Source: Hyphochytrium catenoides (lineage: Eukaryota > Protista > Hyphochytriomycota). From it: a stretch of 64,000 nucleotides of DNA. The stretch is taken from contig FLMG01000914.1 of the NCBI GenBank assembly GCA_900088475.1, positions 1-64,000 of the forward strand, given 5' to 3'. Made by a program: the position numbers and the translations under genes. The notes under the pieces are model-generated. The model did not search any database. It was not told the DNA's origin and saw only the letters and a program-made list of their open reading frames with translations. Below are positions 13,697 to 27,116 of this stretch, piece after piece (position 1 is the first letter of the stretch; each line of letters begins with the position of its first letter).

Positions 13697-14446
13697 CAGC
13701 AATAGGAAGACATGGACACAAAGGGAGAGAGAGGAAACAGAGAAGAGAGAGAAATACTTTATCTCTTGTTCCCACTATCTCTGCCTTACAGTGGCGAGTA
13801 CTTCCCGATTTCTGCTCAGTCAGTCACCCAGTTCTCACTCTCTCTCTCTCTCTCTCTCTCTCGCTCTCTCTCTCTTCTCGCTGCCTCCATCGTTGCTCGT
13901 TAATCCCTCTTGTCTGTCTTGAACAAGAAGATAGCAAAGAGACTGCTGGAGGTGCAAAGAAGAAGAGAAAATCTTCTCTTCTGGCGCTGCTGGAGGCTGC
14001 CGGCTCTCTCACTTTAAAGCCCTCAGAGCCCGTTCTTCCCTTGCAGGAACCTAAAGAGACAAAGGGAAGAGGGCCGAAGGTGCTCCCAAAGCGAAAGGTA
14101 TGAGTCAAGGTCTAGCTCTCTCTAAGTGTCCTCTTCTCCCGTTATTTTCTCGTACTTAGACCTAGAAGTACTCTTCTTTCTCTCCTCCTTCTCTCTCTCT
14201 TTCTTTCCTTTCTCTCTCTCTCTCTCTCTCTTTTCCTCTCTCTGTCTCTCGGTCTCTCTCTTCTCCCGTCCCTGTGTGTTTTCCAAAAGCATGGCGTTCT
14301 CACTACATCCTTGCTCGTAGGCTGTGACGCATCTGTCGCCGATGGAGCAACTCAAGCTGGCAAAGGCTCTGGAGACCAAGACTATGCAGATGGCTGCGGA
14401 GAAGCTCAAAAGCATTAAAGATATGAAGGTCAGGAAAGGGCTTTAG

Positions 14447-14488
<42 letters not shown>

Positions 14489-16385
14489 AATCTATCTATG
14501 TCTATCTCCACCCGCCACTCTGTCGCTCATTCTCTATCTGGCTCTCCCCTTTGCTCTCTCACACACGCCTCACACATCTCTCTCTCTCTTTCCCTCCATC
14601 TATTCTCCTTTCCTTGTTGAAGGCCAACAAGTCTGGAGCCAAGGAGGATCTCACGCTCGACGAGCTGGAGAAGCACAACTTTGAGCTCATGCGGGCGCTG
14701 CACTCCCAAGTGAATAAGAAGAACCGTCACCTGATCAACCCGCGAGGGACTTTCAAGAATAGATTTGATTGGCTTAGAATCGCGATGTATGCCTATCTTT
14801 GCCTAGTGGTGCCCATACAGGTGAGATAGAGGTAAAGAGAGAGAGAGAAAAAGAGAAAGGGAAAGAGACAGTGGGAAAAGGAAGCGTTGGCGTCACACGA
14901 GGCAGGGAAGCAGACAGGAATGGAGAGAAAGGATCGTCCGAAGGAGTTATATATGGCCCAATACTCCTTACGTTTGAGAGATTCCCTGCTTTTTGCTTCG
15001 CTCTTCCTCTGTCTTCTCTCACCGTGTGTCTCTCTCTCGGTCTGCTTCTCTCTTGTACTTCCTCTCTCTCAACTCTATACTTCGCATTCTCTGTTGTCCC
15101 ACCTACTTGAGCAAATTCGCACTCTCTCTCTCACTCTCCCTTTGTTTTCTCTCTCTTTCTCTCTCGCTCACACGCTAATCCTCTCTCGTCTTCCTGTTTC
15201 ATAATAGTGCGGCTATGATGTAAAGTTCGGTCTCTACTGGTGGCTGCTGGAGCTCTTTATAAGCTTAGGGCTGGTCCTGGACTTGGCGGTGGCTCTCAAC
15301 ACAGCGCTGGACTTTGATGGATACCTCATCCGCGACTATAAGAAGATCTTCAAGCATTGGGCGAGGGACTCCTTCTTCACCGACCTGATGGTCGTCATCC
15401 CCTGGTGAGAGAGAGGGGAAGAGAGAGAGAGAGAGAGGGAGAGAGAGAGAGAACTACTGAGAGAAAGGAGGAAACAAGAGGGGCTAAAGGTTTATAGGGA
15501 TCGTCTGCAGAGAAAGAGAGAGAAGAGAGAGCTAGAAAGAGCTAAAGTTGGCAAGAGCAAGGAATTTGTCGCCACGTTTGTATGGCAGTGGACCTCGCGC
15601 TGACTCCCATTCATTTCGCATCTCTTGTCTCTCGTTTTTCTCTCTACCTTTTCCTGCTCGTATTCGTGTTTTCTCGTTCTCTCCCTCTTTTGCTCGCTCT
15701 TTTTCTTCTTTTTCTTCTCCCTCTATGCGATAGGTATGCCATCTGGACAGGGATCAAGGATGAAGATGACAGGCTGATAGACTCTTTATTCCGGCTTACA
15801 AGGGTGGCTGCCGTGCTCAAGCTTGGTTAGTCAAACATGCTCCTCTCTCTCTCCTCTCTGCCTCTCTCTCTCTCTCTCTCTCTATGTCTATGTCTCTGTC
15901 TCTGCCTCTGTCTCTTTCCCTGTGTGTCACCGTGTGTGTATGTTCGGCTTACGTCTATGTGTCCATTGTCTGGCCGCTACGTCCTCAGACGCTATTGCTG
16001 CTCGGAAGGAGGTCATCCATCAAGTCACCATCTCTGTCTCTCGGATGTACCGCTTCACGGTGATGGTCTTCCTCTTCTCTCACTGGCTGGCCCTTGCCTT
16101 TGTCGCCTTGGATCGTCTGGGTAAGGCGCCTACGCCCTCTTCTCTCTTCTTCCAAATCCTTATTTCTCTTCGTAAGCACGGCTTTCTATTGACCCTAATC
16201 CCCGGTTCCCTGATTGTGTCTCTCCGGTTTTCCTAATCCCCACTCTTCTTTACTTTCTCCTTTCACTCCTCTCCGTCCTCTCCGCCTCTTCTTCTCTTCC
16301 TTTGTCTCCCACCCTTTCCCTTTCGCTCTCATGTGTTCATCCCAGTTTACACTTCTCTCTCTCTCTCTCTCTCTCCTTTCTTTTT

Positions 16386-16423
<38 letters not shown>

Positions 16424-17565
16424 CCTCCCTCTCTCTCCGCCTCTTCTTCTCTTCCTCTGTCTCCCGCCCTTTCGCTCTCGTCTATTCATCCCCAATTTAC
16501 CCTTCTCTCTCTCTCTCTCTCTCTCTNNNNNNNNNNNNNNNNNNNNNNNNNNNNNNNNNNNNNNNNNNNNNNNNNNCTCTCTCTCTCTCTGTGTGTGTGT
16601 GTGTCTCTCTCTCTCTCTCGCTATATCCCAGGCTATACGGAGTACTCCGGGAGAGACCCTCATGATAATTGGTTTGACGGGTACATCAGCGGCTACTATT
16701 GGGCCATGCAGTCCATGACCACCGTCGGCTACGGAGATGTGAAGCTTGCAAAAATGCCGGGAAGAGTCTGCTCCCTTGTCGCCATGATGCTCTCCTCAGG
16801 AGTCTATGCTTGGGGCGTCAAGGTAAGAGAAGAGAGGGAGAGAGAGAGAGAGCGTAGGATGAATAGCAAGAGGAAAAGAGGGCGAGAGAACAAAGGAGGA
16901 GAGAGGCCAATCTTCATATACAAACGAGAAAGAGTGAAGAGAGAACCTTTGGCCTGAGATTACCTAATCCAAAGAGGGGAGAGAGAGAGGAGAAAGAAAG
17001 GTTAAGGATGAATAATAGTAGCTTTGGCGATAAGTCAGGAGAGAGGAGAAGCCAGATGAAAGAGAGAGAAAGAGAGGGAACATTGCATTGATACTTGTCT
17101 CTCTCTCTTGCAGAATGTCGCTTCTTTCCTGGGTGAATATTTGAACGCGAAGGATCGAGGGATGAAGGACAAGCTGCAGAAGGTGAACGAATATGTGGAA
17201 GCGCGCTTGCTCCCGCCTTATCTGAAGAAGGAAATCATGTAAGTCCTGTTCTCTCTTTCTCCTTGCGCTTATTAGACTTCACTCTCTCTCTCTCTCTTTC
17301 TCTCCCTCACTGTCTCTCTCTCTCTCATGGCTCAGGTCTTACGTGTTCAACCTGGAGAACAGCCGTCAGTCCATTCTTGCAAATGAGCGACAGGTCTTGG
17401 ACGACCTGTCCGCTCTCCTCCGCTCGAAGGTTGCTTGCGTGATCAATGACCATTTTCTGAGGCGAATGCAATACTTTGCTGGCTCAGACCCAAACTTTCT
17501 TATGGAGATAGCTCTAGCGCTTAGAGTGCAGTGCTATGGACCAGGAGAGGAGGTACACTGGAGGG

Positions 17566-17605
<40 letters not shown>

Positions 17606-17818
17606 ACTCTCTCCTCTCTCTGTCTGTCTCTCTCTGTCTCTGTCTCTCTCTCTCTCTGTCTCTCTCTCTCTGTCTCTCTCTCTCTCTGTCTCTCTGTCTC
17701 TTTCTCTCTCTCTCTCTGTCTCTTTTCTCCCCCCTCTCCCTCTCCCGCTCATTTGGTTTTGACGCACGTTGTTTACATGTCCCCTCTCTCTCTCTCTCGG
17801 TCTCTCGCTGTCTCTGTC

Positions 17819-17858
<40 letters not shown>

Positions 17859-18579
17859 CCAATGGGAAGGTCATCACTGAGGGCACCTACGGCGATGAGA
17901 TGTATTTTATCTTCAGAGGCCGGGCGCAGGTGATACAGGGCGTCTCCTGCCGTCACCTATGTTTCTTGGAAGAAGGAAGTTATTTTGGAGAAGTCAGCGT
18001 CATTAGGCCGTCGGTCAAGCGGACTGCCACGGTGAGCATCTCTCTCTCTTTGTGTCCCTCTTTCTCGCTCTCTCTATCGCTCTGGCTCTCTCTTTCCTCT
18101 CTCTTTTCCCCTCTCTTTCTCTCTCTCTCTCCCCTTCCGATTTTCCCTTGTTCCTTTCTCTTTTTATTTTGTCTCTTTCTCTCTCTCACACACACAGCCT
18201 CTCTGTGTGGATTTGAGGAAAGGTCTAACAAGGCATCTCATTTTCTCTTATCAGGTGCGGACCCTGATCTTCTCGGAGCTCCGCGTTCTCTCTCGGAGAG
18301 AAATAGTCCGGGCGCTGCGTAAGTTTCCCATGATGAACGAGCGGATAGAGCAGTTGGCCAGCCAGCTCGCGCCTCAGAATGAGAGGAAAGGAACAGTGGG
18401 TGGGACCAAGGCCAACCGGAAGATGGTGGACGTCTCAGATAACAGGTAGATACTATCTCTCTCTCTTCTCTCTCTCTCTCTCTCTGTGTCTCTATGATAT
18501 ACATATATCGTCTTGCGTCAAAGTAAGCCCAAGCTTTGACCTTCCCTGGTCTGTTCCCATCTCTTTCTTCTCCTTCTTC

Positions 18580-18626
<47 letters not shown>

Positions 18627-19479
18627 GATGTCGTCGTTCTATCTCCTCTCGTTGACTGCCTTTCTCAACTAATGTCTCCCTTTCACAATAGGCGAAAGAC
18701 CTTCATCGAGCAGCTGGCCGCGAGCTTAGCGACAAACAAAGAGGTTCGCTCGCTGTGGAAGGATCGCTACTTTAAAGTCATTCACTTAGAGCAGCAAGAT
18801 GAGCAATCGGGAGCCCAAAAGAAAGCACCGGCGAAGACGGTAAAGGGTCCTCTCTCTCTCTCTCTCTCTCCCTCCTTCCTCTTTTTCTCTCTCTCTCTCT
18901 CTCTCTTCCTCTCTCTTTTTCTCTCTCTCTGTCTCTCTCTCTCTGTCTCTCTCTCTCTCTCTACACTCTTCCTCTTATACTGTCTTACTCTTTCCGAGCG
19001 TGCCCGCAGATGATTGCCTGTAAGCCTCTCCTTAAACCTCAGCTTCCACGACAGAGAGCTATCGACGCTTGTGACCCGTCTTCCTAATCGCTTCTCTCTC
19101 TTTCTCTCTCTCTCACCCTCTGTCTGTATGTCTGTCTCTCTCTGTCTGTCCTCCGCCCACAGGCCAAGCAACGCCGGAGACAAGGCGGTGGTCGCTTGTT
19201 CCGCTCTCCTTCTACGACAGTTCAAAAGGAAGCTGCGGACGTTGCTGGCGCCTTTGAAGATTTCTATTTGAAGCAGACAGAGGCAGTCTCAGCCTCAAAC
19301 TCTAAAGATGCTAAGGAAGCTCTAAAAATCGCAGGATATCCTGATGGAGATGAGGTCCGCTTGCTCTTCTCTGTTCTCTCTCTCTGTCTGTAAACTCTCT
19401 CCCTCCCCTCTCACTCTCTCTCGTACCCATTTCTCTCTCTCTGTCTCTCTCTCTCTCTCTCTGTGTCTCTCTCTCTCTG

Positions 19480-19511
<32 letters not shown>

Positions 19512-19924
19512 CCCTCTTGTCTTGGCTTTTCCTCCACGTCACTCGCTCTCCTTCTCTCTGACTGCTCTCTCTCTTTCGCTCTCTCTCTCTCTTTCTTTCT
19601 AATTGACGACAGCCGATCGAGGAAGAGACCGGCCCTTCCTTAGAAAATGGAGGCGAAGCCGTGAGTCCCAAGCCGCGAGAGAGGAGGAACGCTTTCAGAG
19701 TAACTCCAGCATTGGCAGGGAGGAAAGAGCCTGGAGCTCTTCCCAAGAGCAAGAAAGAGAAAGCTGAAGAAGGGCCCCAATGGCTCACTGAAGACATGGC
19801 TGAAGTGGTTATGAGCCAAAGTAAGAGGAGGGCCAGGAAGCCGCTCCTGTCTGTCTCTCGGTCTGCCTCCCTCTTTGTCCTTTTCTTTTCCCTGGTTAGC
19901 TCTCTCTCTGTCTGTCTGTCTGTC

Positions 19925-20006
<82 letters not shown>

Positions 20007-20458
20007 CCTCCCTCTCCTCTCCGTGGTTGTGCTCTCTCCCCCTCTGTCTCTCTCTTGCTCTCTCTCTCTCTATGTCTTCCCGCACTCTGGATTTCACTAT
20101 CTCTCAATCTTTGACCTTTGGGGCCTTGAATTTTCCTCCCTACCCCTTTTGCTCTATCTGTCTTTTTTCCCTCTTTACTTCCTGTCTGTCTCTTTCTCTG
20201 TCTCTCTCTTCACTGATAGCCTTCACGACGTTATCCCTAACTTTTCCCTTTTCTCTTTCCTTTCTCTCAGGAAAGGAAATTCTTCAGTTCTTAGTGGAGA
20301 AGCAAGCAATGCTGCAGCGGGAAATGTCTTCTGTGAGAGAGGCGCTGGACGGACGCAAGCAGCTGTTGGACGATCTCATCAAACAGAGTCGCGCCAGAGC
20401 CGCTGTGCCAAGAAGGAAGAGCTTGACCATACCTCACACTTCTCTTCTCACGGTGTAA
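11969..20458 (+). CDS. Cyclic-nucleotide-binding-domain K+ channel (6TM, HCN/CNG/KCNH superfamily), many exons
   Basis: S1-S6 exons between about 14.7 and 17.1 kb; pore YWAMQSMTTVGYGDV; C-linker; CNBD VITEGTYGDEMYFIFRG...YFGEVSVIRPSVKRTAT|VRT. Long acidic/low-complexity N-terminus and a coiled-coil-like C-terminus. The 5' exons are approximate. Confidence 0.88.
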
Positions 20459-20726
20459 ACTCTTTCTTGGAAAGCGTGTGAATGAAGAGAAAGAGAGAGA
20501 AGGACAGAGAGAACGAGAGAAAGAGAAAGGTCAATCTCCGGTTGCAAGAAATGGAAAGAATTAGACGGAAGAGAAAGAGAGGAGAGAATGGAGCTGAGGG
20601 GCCCAGACCAGAGTGCCCAGGGCGTTATCTAAAGTATGCACAGGGCAAGCCAAAGAAGACCATCAATCTTTCTTTTCACCATGCCTCTCTTTGGCACGTT
20701 TATTAACTGGCAGATCCACCACAAAA

Positions 20727-20776
<50 letters not shown>

Positions 20777-23203
20777 TTCTTTGTGCTTCTCGCCGTACTG
20801 TTTGAACTTTCTTTATGAAGGTTCAGGCTGGCACTACATCTGCTGCTAAAGATAGAGAGCACTTCTCATCAGGCAATCCAGATTCAGCGGTTGAGGGCAG
20901 GAGATCTCTCCTCTCTGAGGCAAAGGCTAGACCAGAGGAATAGGGGTTACTGTCACTTCCTAACTATAAGCACACGATCCGCCTTTCCCTTTCTCTCTTG
21001 CTTGCTTTGTCTAAGTTCTCTTCGTCTGTCTCTCTCCTTCCATTCCTCCTCGGTGGCTGCCTGTCAATCTTTCTTGTTCTCTCGTTTCGCTCTTGCGGCA
21101 ATGCGGAAAGCTAGAAATAATCTGAGGCAGGATTGCTCTGAGGTTGCGTCTCCGTCCTCTTCGTCATGAGCTCTCTCTCTCGATGCTTCGGCAGCCACGC
21201 TACGCCCATAAAGATGGCTCATCGTCACTCACCCGCCGTGCGCGCTTCAGACATTATGAGGGACAACGCTTGGAAGAAGAGCAAGAAGAAAGACCCAAGA
21301 GTTGCATAAGCTCGGCTCATCTGGTGGTGTTCTCCCTCGTCCGCCTCTGTCGCTCTCATTCTTCTCTACCAGTAGATCGGTCTGGTTGTTCTCTCCTCTC
21401 GTATCATGGCAAGAAATTCTGAGGAGGGTCTTCCAAAAGCTTCATTGCTAGACCTTATTTGCTTTCATGCTCTTAAGAAAGAGCTCTGTCTCTTCTCCTT
21501 CATCTCTATATCTCGTGTCGTTGCCTCTCTCGCATCACTTTATCGCTCTGGCTAGACCCGAATGGCACTCTATGTCCTTAACGATTGCCTTCGCGGGGAC
21601 CCGTGGATGTGCATGGGACAGCGAGATCGTTGGCTATTCCTCCAGTACATAACTTTGAAGCATTAGCTGTTGATTGCTGATGATGACGAGTTTGATAAGT
21701 AGAGGGAACACTTCGTCAGTCACGCTACGTCTCCATTAGAATGGATGTCTGCGCGTCCATGGTGGCCCTTCGCCAGCGAAGAAAGACTGAGGAGTATCAT
21801 AGATTCTCAGCCGATACATCCAGATGAAGCGAAAACCCCTAAGCACTGGAGGTTTTGGGCCAAGGCAGAGCCCTAGCTAGAGACGTCTACGCTGAGTGAA
21901 CACTTTTTCCGAGAACAACTTCCCCTGCATGCGCCAGAAGAGGGACTTCCGTTCACAGGCACCACTGAACACAATGAAGTAAAACTGTTAACGCGAGGAA
22001 GATGGGATTACCTCTAAGATCCGAGCGAGGAGATTATATCTCTTTCACCTATCATCGCAAGCATCAGCCATCACCCAGCACGACAGAGACCAAGCTCGTC
22101 CCTTGAATGCCCTATGCTCTCCCGTACACCTAGCATGGCAGGCGCTTGTCAAAAACAGTCAATATACGCCTCTCATCAATAAGAAAAGGCACTGTGGCCG
22201 GAAAGTGGAGTGCTTCACACGAGAGATCCAGAGACGGAGCTCGTGTGAGGCACAACATTGCCAGAGATTCTCTATTGCAAAACTCTTTTGCCCCGGTCTT
22301 CGGTCTTCGAAATCAGGAAAGAGATCAGAAGCACGATTTTACTTTGCGGATCCCAAGTATAGTAAGTACAGTGGTTAGCGCAGACTTGCACGATTCTATA
22401 CTTAGCGGCGATCATTATATTTAGTCAGAGTTTCTCCTGTAGAAATACTTGCCCGCCGCGAGGGGTACCTTGCAAGTATTTGACAGATTTCTCTGTTAAT
22501 TTACGAGGAAGGTGGTTGTGTAGTAAACACAAAAGACAGGCCTCGTTTTTACCCTCCCCCTCCCCTCCTCTTTCACTCAGCAAATGTTTGATCAATTCCC
22601 CCATATTTCCCATATGTCAATTTGTGAATTATTGACACCTGAGTTGAAGTTATTTGTCCTCAGTCCGCCGCCCTATTTTGAAGCACAAGAACCAGCATCA
22701 ACCCCCTTCCACATAGAATATCTAGTCAACTCTGTCTTTACTTATTATACATTATTAACAATATCCTAGCTACTCTTCTCCCCTCTGGCTCGTACTCCTG
22801 ACTTTGAGCCTCATCTTCCTCGCCTTTTCACACGAAACTTACTTCAAGCTTAGCTCCTATTCGTATGCCGCCCCATGGTCGTTTCAAAGCATTGAGCATT
22901 GATCTTTAGAGCGTCAGGTCTGTCTATCACCCGATAATTAACCGCCTTAAGGTTGCCTCGTCCGACCTTCCTGATCCTCCTCCACCCAAAGAGAGAGAGA
23001 GAGTCAGTCTGTCTCTCTCTCTCTTTCTCTCTCTTAGCATGGGAGGACTAACATTCAATATGGCGATTTAGGCTCTGTCTTGCCCTTTTCTCCTGTCTCT
23101 CTTACTTTCCCACGCCTAAGAATCGAAGAATCAGATGATGATGAGTCTGTCTTTCTTCTTCATTGCCTCTTTCATCTGAGAGGTAAGAAGCGAAGATGGC
23201 AAT

Positions 23204-23269
<66 letters not shown>

Positions 23270-23439
23270 AAGGTGCGACCTCATGGTAGATACTAACACC
23301 ATAGTGGCTGAAGTTGATCTGGCTTCTTCTTTCTCGTCTTTCTTCTCCTTTGCGTCTCTTGCTTTCATCCCTCGTTCCTCTTCTCTTCTCCTGTCTCCCT
23401 CCTTCCTCGCTCCCTCATCTCTGGCCTTTCTCTCCTCCT

Positions 23440-23506
<67 letters not shown>

Positions 23507-23997
23507 GTTTCAGCTTGGGTGGACTTCTCCTCCCGACCGTACCGCCCGCTCACTTGCTCCTCTTCCTCTTCAGTCCGATGAAGATGTGTCATTCTCTAGA
23601 GCAATGTACAAAGAGAGGGAACACAAAGTCATCCCCGGTTGCTCTGTCTTCATCTTCTCTCTCTCTTCTTCCCTCTCTCAGTCTGACTTCTTCTCCCCTA
23701 CTAATCCAGAGCAAAGAGAGAGAGAGACGAGACTCAGAGAAAGAGAGAGAAGAGAGAAGAGAGAAAGAGGGAGAAAGAGAAGCTTGCATTATGAAAAGCG
23801 AACCTATGCAGCAAGCGCAGTAGGGGAAGATTTCGCGCTCTTGCGGGTGTTCCAACTCTAGGAATAGCCGATATTTCCTCTTCACTTTCTTCTCTTCCTG
23901 CGACTTTCATCTTGCCACCAAGAAAGGAGAGCCGCTAAGTAGCAGCTTTTTTTATTGATAGAACAAGAGAGAAAGAGAGAGAGAAAGATAGAGGACG

Positions 23998-25076
23998 ATG
24001 GCTGAGATACTCATCTCTGCAGCTCCTCCCACGCGTTGGCGTGAGCCTTTCAACAACACGAAGAAAAGGACAATCGCGCGGCCGCTGCAGAAGCCTTCCA
24101 AGGCCAAGAGCGAGCGCATCGCGCTTGTGCTGGACCTCGACGAGTGCCTTGTACACAGTTTCCACTTGAAGAACGCCGCCTCATCTCTCTCTCTAAGAAG
24201 CAACGACAACTCTTCTTTCTCTCCTAGCAACTATGCTTCTCCTTCAAGTTCGCCCGCCACGTCGTACAGACAGAGAGAATATCGGCCGGTGCATCTGAAC
24301 GCCTACCTCGATAGCTTCACAGTGGTGACAGAGCTGGGAGACACCTTCAGAGTGAACAAGCGGCCGGGGCTCGACTCCTTCCTGCGCATTGCTGTGCATT
24401 TCTTTGATCTCTATGTCTTCTCTGCCGCCCAGGAGACGTATGTTAGGCCAGTTATAAAGCAGCTGGTATGTGTGTCGCCTCATTCTCTCTCTCTTCATTC
24501 TTCTCCTCTGTCTCTCGCTTCGTTCCTGCGCCTCTCTCTCCGTAGGCCATCTATGGATCATCTCCCTCTCTCTCTCAGTGGTGACAGCCTGCTCTCTCTT
24601 TCCCTTCTTCTGTTCTTACGACCACGCACTCTCTATTGACAATGGGCCTGACCATAGACGCTCTCTTTCCCTCTCTCTCTCTTTAGGATCCGCAAGGCAA
24701 AATCTTCAAAGGAGTATTCTTCCGTCAGCACTGCGTTCCTTCCCAGCGCGGCGCTTTCATGAAGAATCTTGAGCTAGTTCGGCCCAATCTCTCCCGCGTC
24801 GTCCTGGTAGATAATAACCCAGCCTCGGTCGTCCTGCAGCCTCGCAACGCCATCCCTGTCTCTTCTTTCTTTGACGATGACAGAGACAGAGAGCTGCAGT
24901 GCGTGCTAGACGTGCTGATGAAGCTGAGAGAGGAAGAAGACGTGAGAGAGGCGCTTCACGCGATGTTCAAGCTGGAGAACAAGCTTAGCAAGTATAGGGA
25001 AGAGCTTATTCATCGTGAGCAGCGGAGTGTCATCAAGAGATTCGTCGAGAAGATGAAGAAGATGGCAGCCAGTTAG
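23998..25076 (+). CDS. SCP/FCP1-like (NIF domain) HAD phosphatase, copy 1; one intron 24466-24686
   Basis: ALVLDLDECLVHS, VNKRPGLDSFL, YVFSAAQETY, LDPQGKIF..FFRQHC, KNL...LVDNNP, QPRNAIPVSSFFDD. Confidence 0.92.
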
Positions 25077-25332
25077 TCGCTATCATATCGAGAGAGAGAG
25101 AGAGAGGGTCGCTTCTCTTGCACTCAGCATGAGCGCAGGGGAAGACAAAGACAGCTATCGGCGGGCAGCGCCCACTATTTCTCTATATTTATTCGGTGCC
25201 TGGGGCAGCGGGTATGGCAGGAGGAAACGTCAAGAGCGGCGCTGCTGATGAAGGAGATGCGCAGATCGTCACAGAGAGAGTGAGAAAAAGAGAAACAGAG
25301 AGAGAGAGAGAGAGAGATCCAGACTCCTCCTC

Positions 25333-27069
25333 TCATTTCAGCTGGCTTAGGACGTACTCTACAGCTTCTTCTGCTGTACTGGCCTGCAGCAGCATGTATT
25401 TATTAGACAAAAGGCGAGCAAGAGCAAGGGAAGGATTTGTGAGAGTAGATAGAGAAAGAAAGCTACAGCCTATAGGAAAGGGGAGAAAGAGAGAGAAGGA
25501 GAGGAGATCATGCAGCAGCGACTAATTACTTCGTATATAATATGCAGTGAATGGCACGGCAAAGAGGCAACTAGATATATAAGTGGGAAATAACCCCTCA
25601 CGAGCGGAGAGGGAAAGAGAGAGAGAGAGAGAAGGAGGACATAAGCTCTTCAATTTTATAAATGGGACAAGATAATAAACCCTCTTGCCCTTACATTCGC
25701 CTGATGCAAAGCGGCCTCACCTGTCTCATCCGCGTGTCAAAGGCCCAAGAGTCAATGCAAGCTAGCGGCTTGTCCTTGAAGAGCGCAAGAGAGACTTCTG
25801 CCAGCGTGTGCAGATCTCCTCCAATGGCGATGATGGCGGCGCAGCTGTTGCAGAGAATGGTCTGCGAGGCTGTTCCCATGCCTGCGGACAGGAAGAAAGT
25901 TTGATTCCGGACGCCTGCTCTCCTCCTTCTCTCTTTTATCATCTCCAGGTTACTTCCTCTGTCTTCGGGTCTCTCCTAGTATCTCCCACGCATCATCGCT
26001 ATGACGCTTACCGCTCGATCCCTTATACGCTCTTCCTTCTTCCCCGCCTCCCCCAACTGTAACTCTCTCTCTCTCTCTCTCTCTCTTTTTTTCTTTCTTT
26101 CTTTTCCTCTCGCTCTCTTTTCTCCCTGCCTCCTATCCTCTCGCGCTCCCCTGTGACCCTACCCTCTTGTTCTCTTTCTCTCTCTCTGTCTCTCTCTCTT
26201 CCTTTATCTCTGTCTCTGTCTCATCATCCCCTATTGCTTTTCTCTCGCTCTCACCGTCTTAAACATCTTTCTTTCTCTTCTCCTTCGCATGGAATGTTAC
26301 CTGTGGCTATGGCATACTCAACATAAGGGTTGGCGTGGTGCCGGTTATCTGAAGAGAGAACTGCGAGAGTGTGACCTCCTGCTTCTTTTCCTCCCTTTGA
26401 CGCCGCCTAACCGTCCTTTTAGTTTCCTCTATAGAATGAAACAGAGAGAGAGAGAGCCAGAGAGAGAGAGAGAGAGTGAAAGAGAGAGAGAGTGTGCAGT
26501 TCTTACCTCCATCACGCCGCTGCGCCCGTCTGTCACCACGCAGCAGCCGCTCTTGGCCAGTAGGGCTCCTACCTGCACCGCGATCTCATAAAGTCGCTGA
26601 AGAGAAGAGCTCGATGAGACAGGGAGTGTTTTCCTTCTCCTGAGTACCAGCCTCTTTCCCCGCTCCTCGTCTTTCTCTCTCTCTCTCTCTCCCTCTGTCT
26701 CTCTCCCCTCTAGGTTTTCTTGTCGTCCTGAAATCTCGCGTGATCTTAAACCATCTTGTTCTCTGCTAGCGCTTATGTTTCTTCTTCTCTTTACCGTCCT
26801 GGTAGAAAGACTTTAACTTTATTGCCAAGAGCTTGGTGTGTCTCAATATCACATTCTCCGTCTTTCCTTTGTCTGTCTCTCCCTCTCTCATTCTTTTTGC
26901 TTCGAACTATCGTGATTTCCCTTGTCCTCTTCTTACCTCCTCACAATCCTCCGAGCCGACCACGCCTATCATTTTCTGTTGAAGATTTCTTCTCGCGATT
27001 TTCCGTCTTCCTCTGGGTCGAGGTGTCCGACCAGTCTCGGCATCGTTCAACCCTACGGAGGCCTTTGTT

Positions 27070-27116
<47 letters not shown>

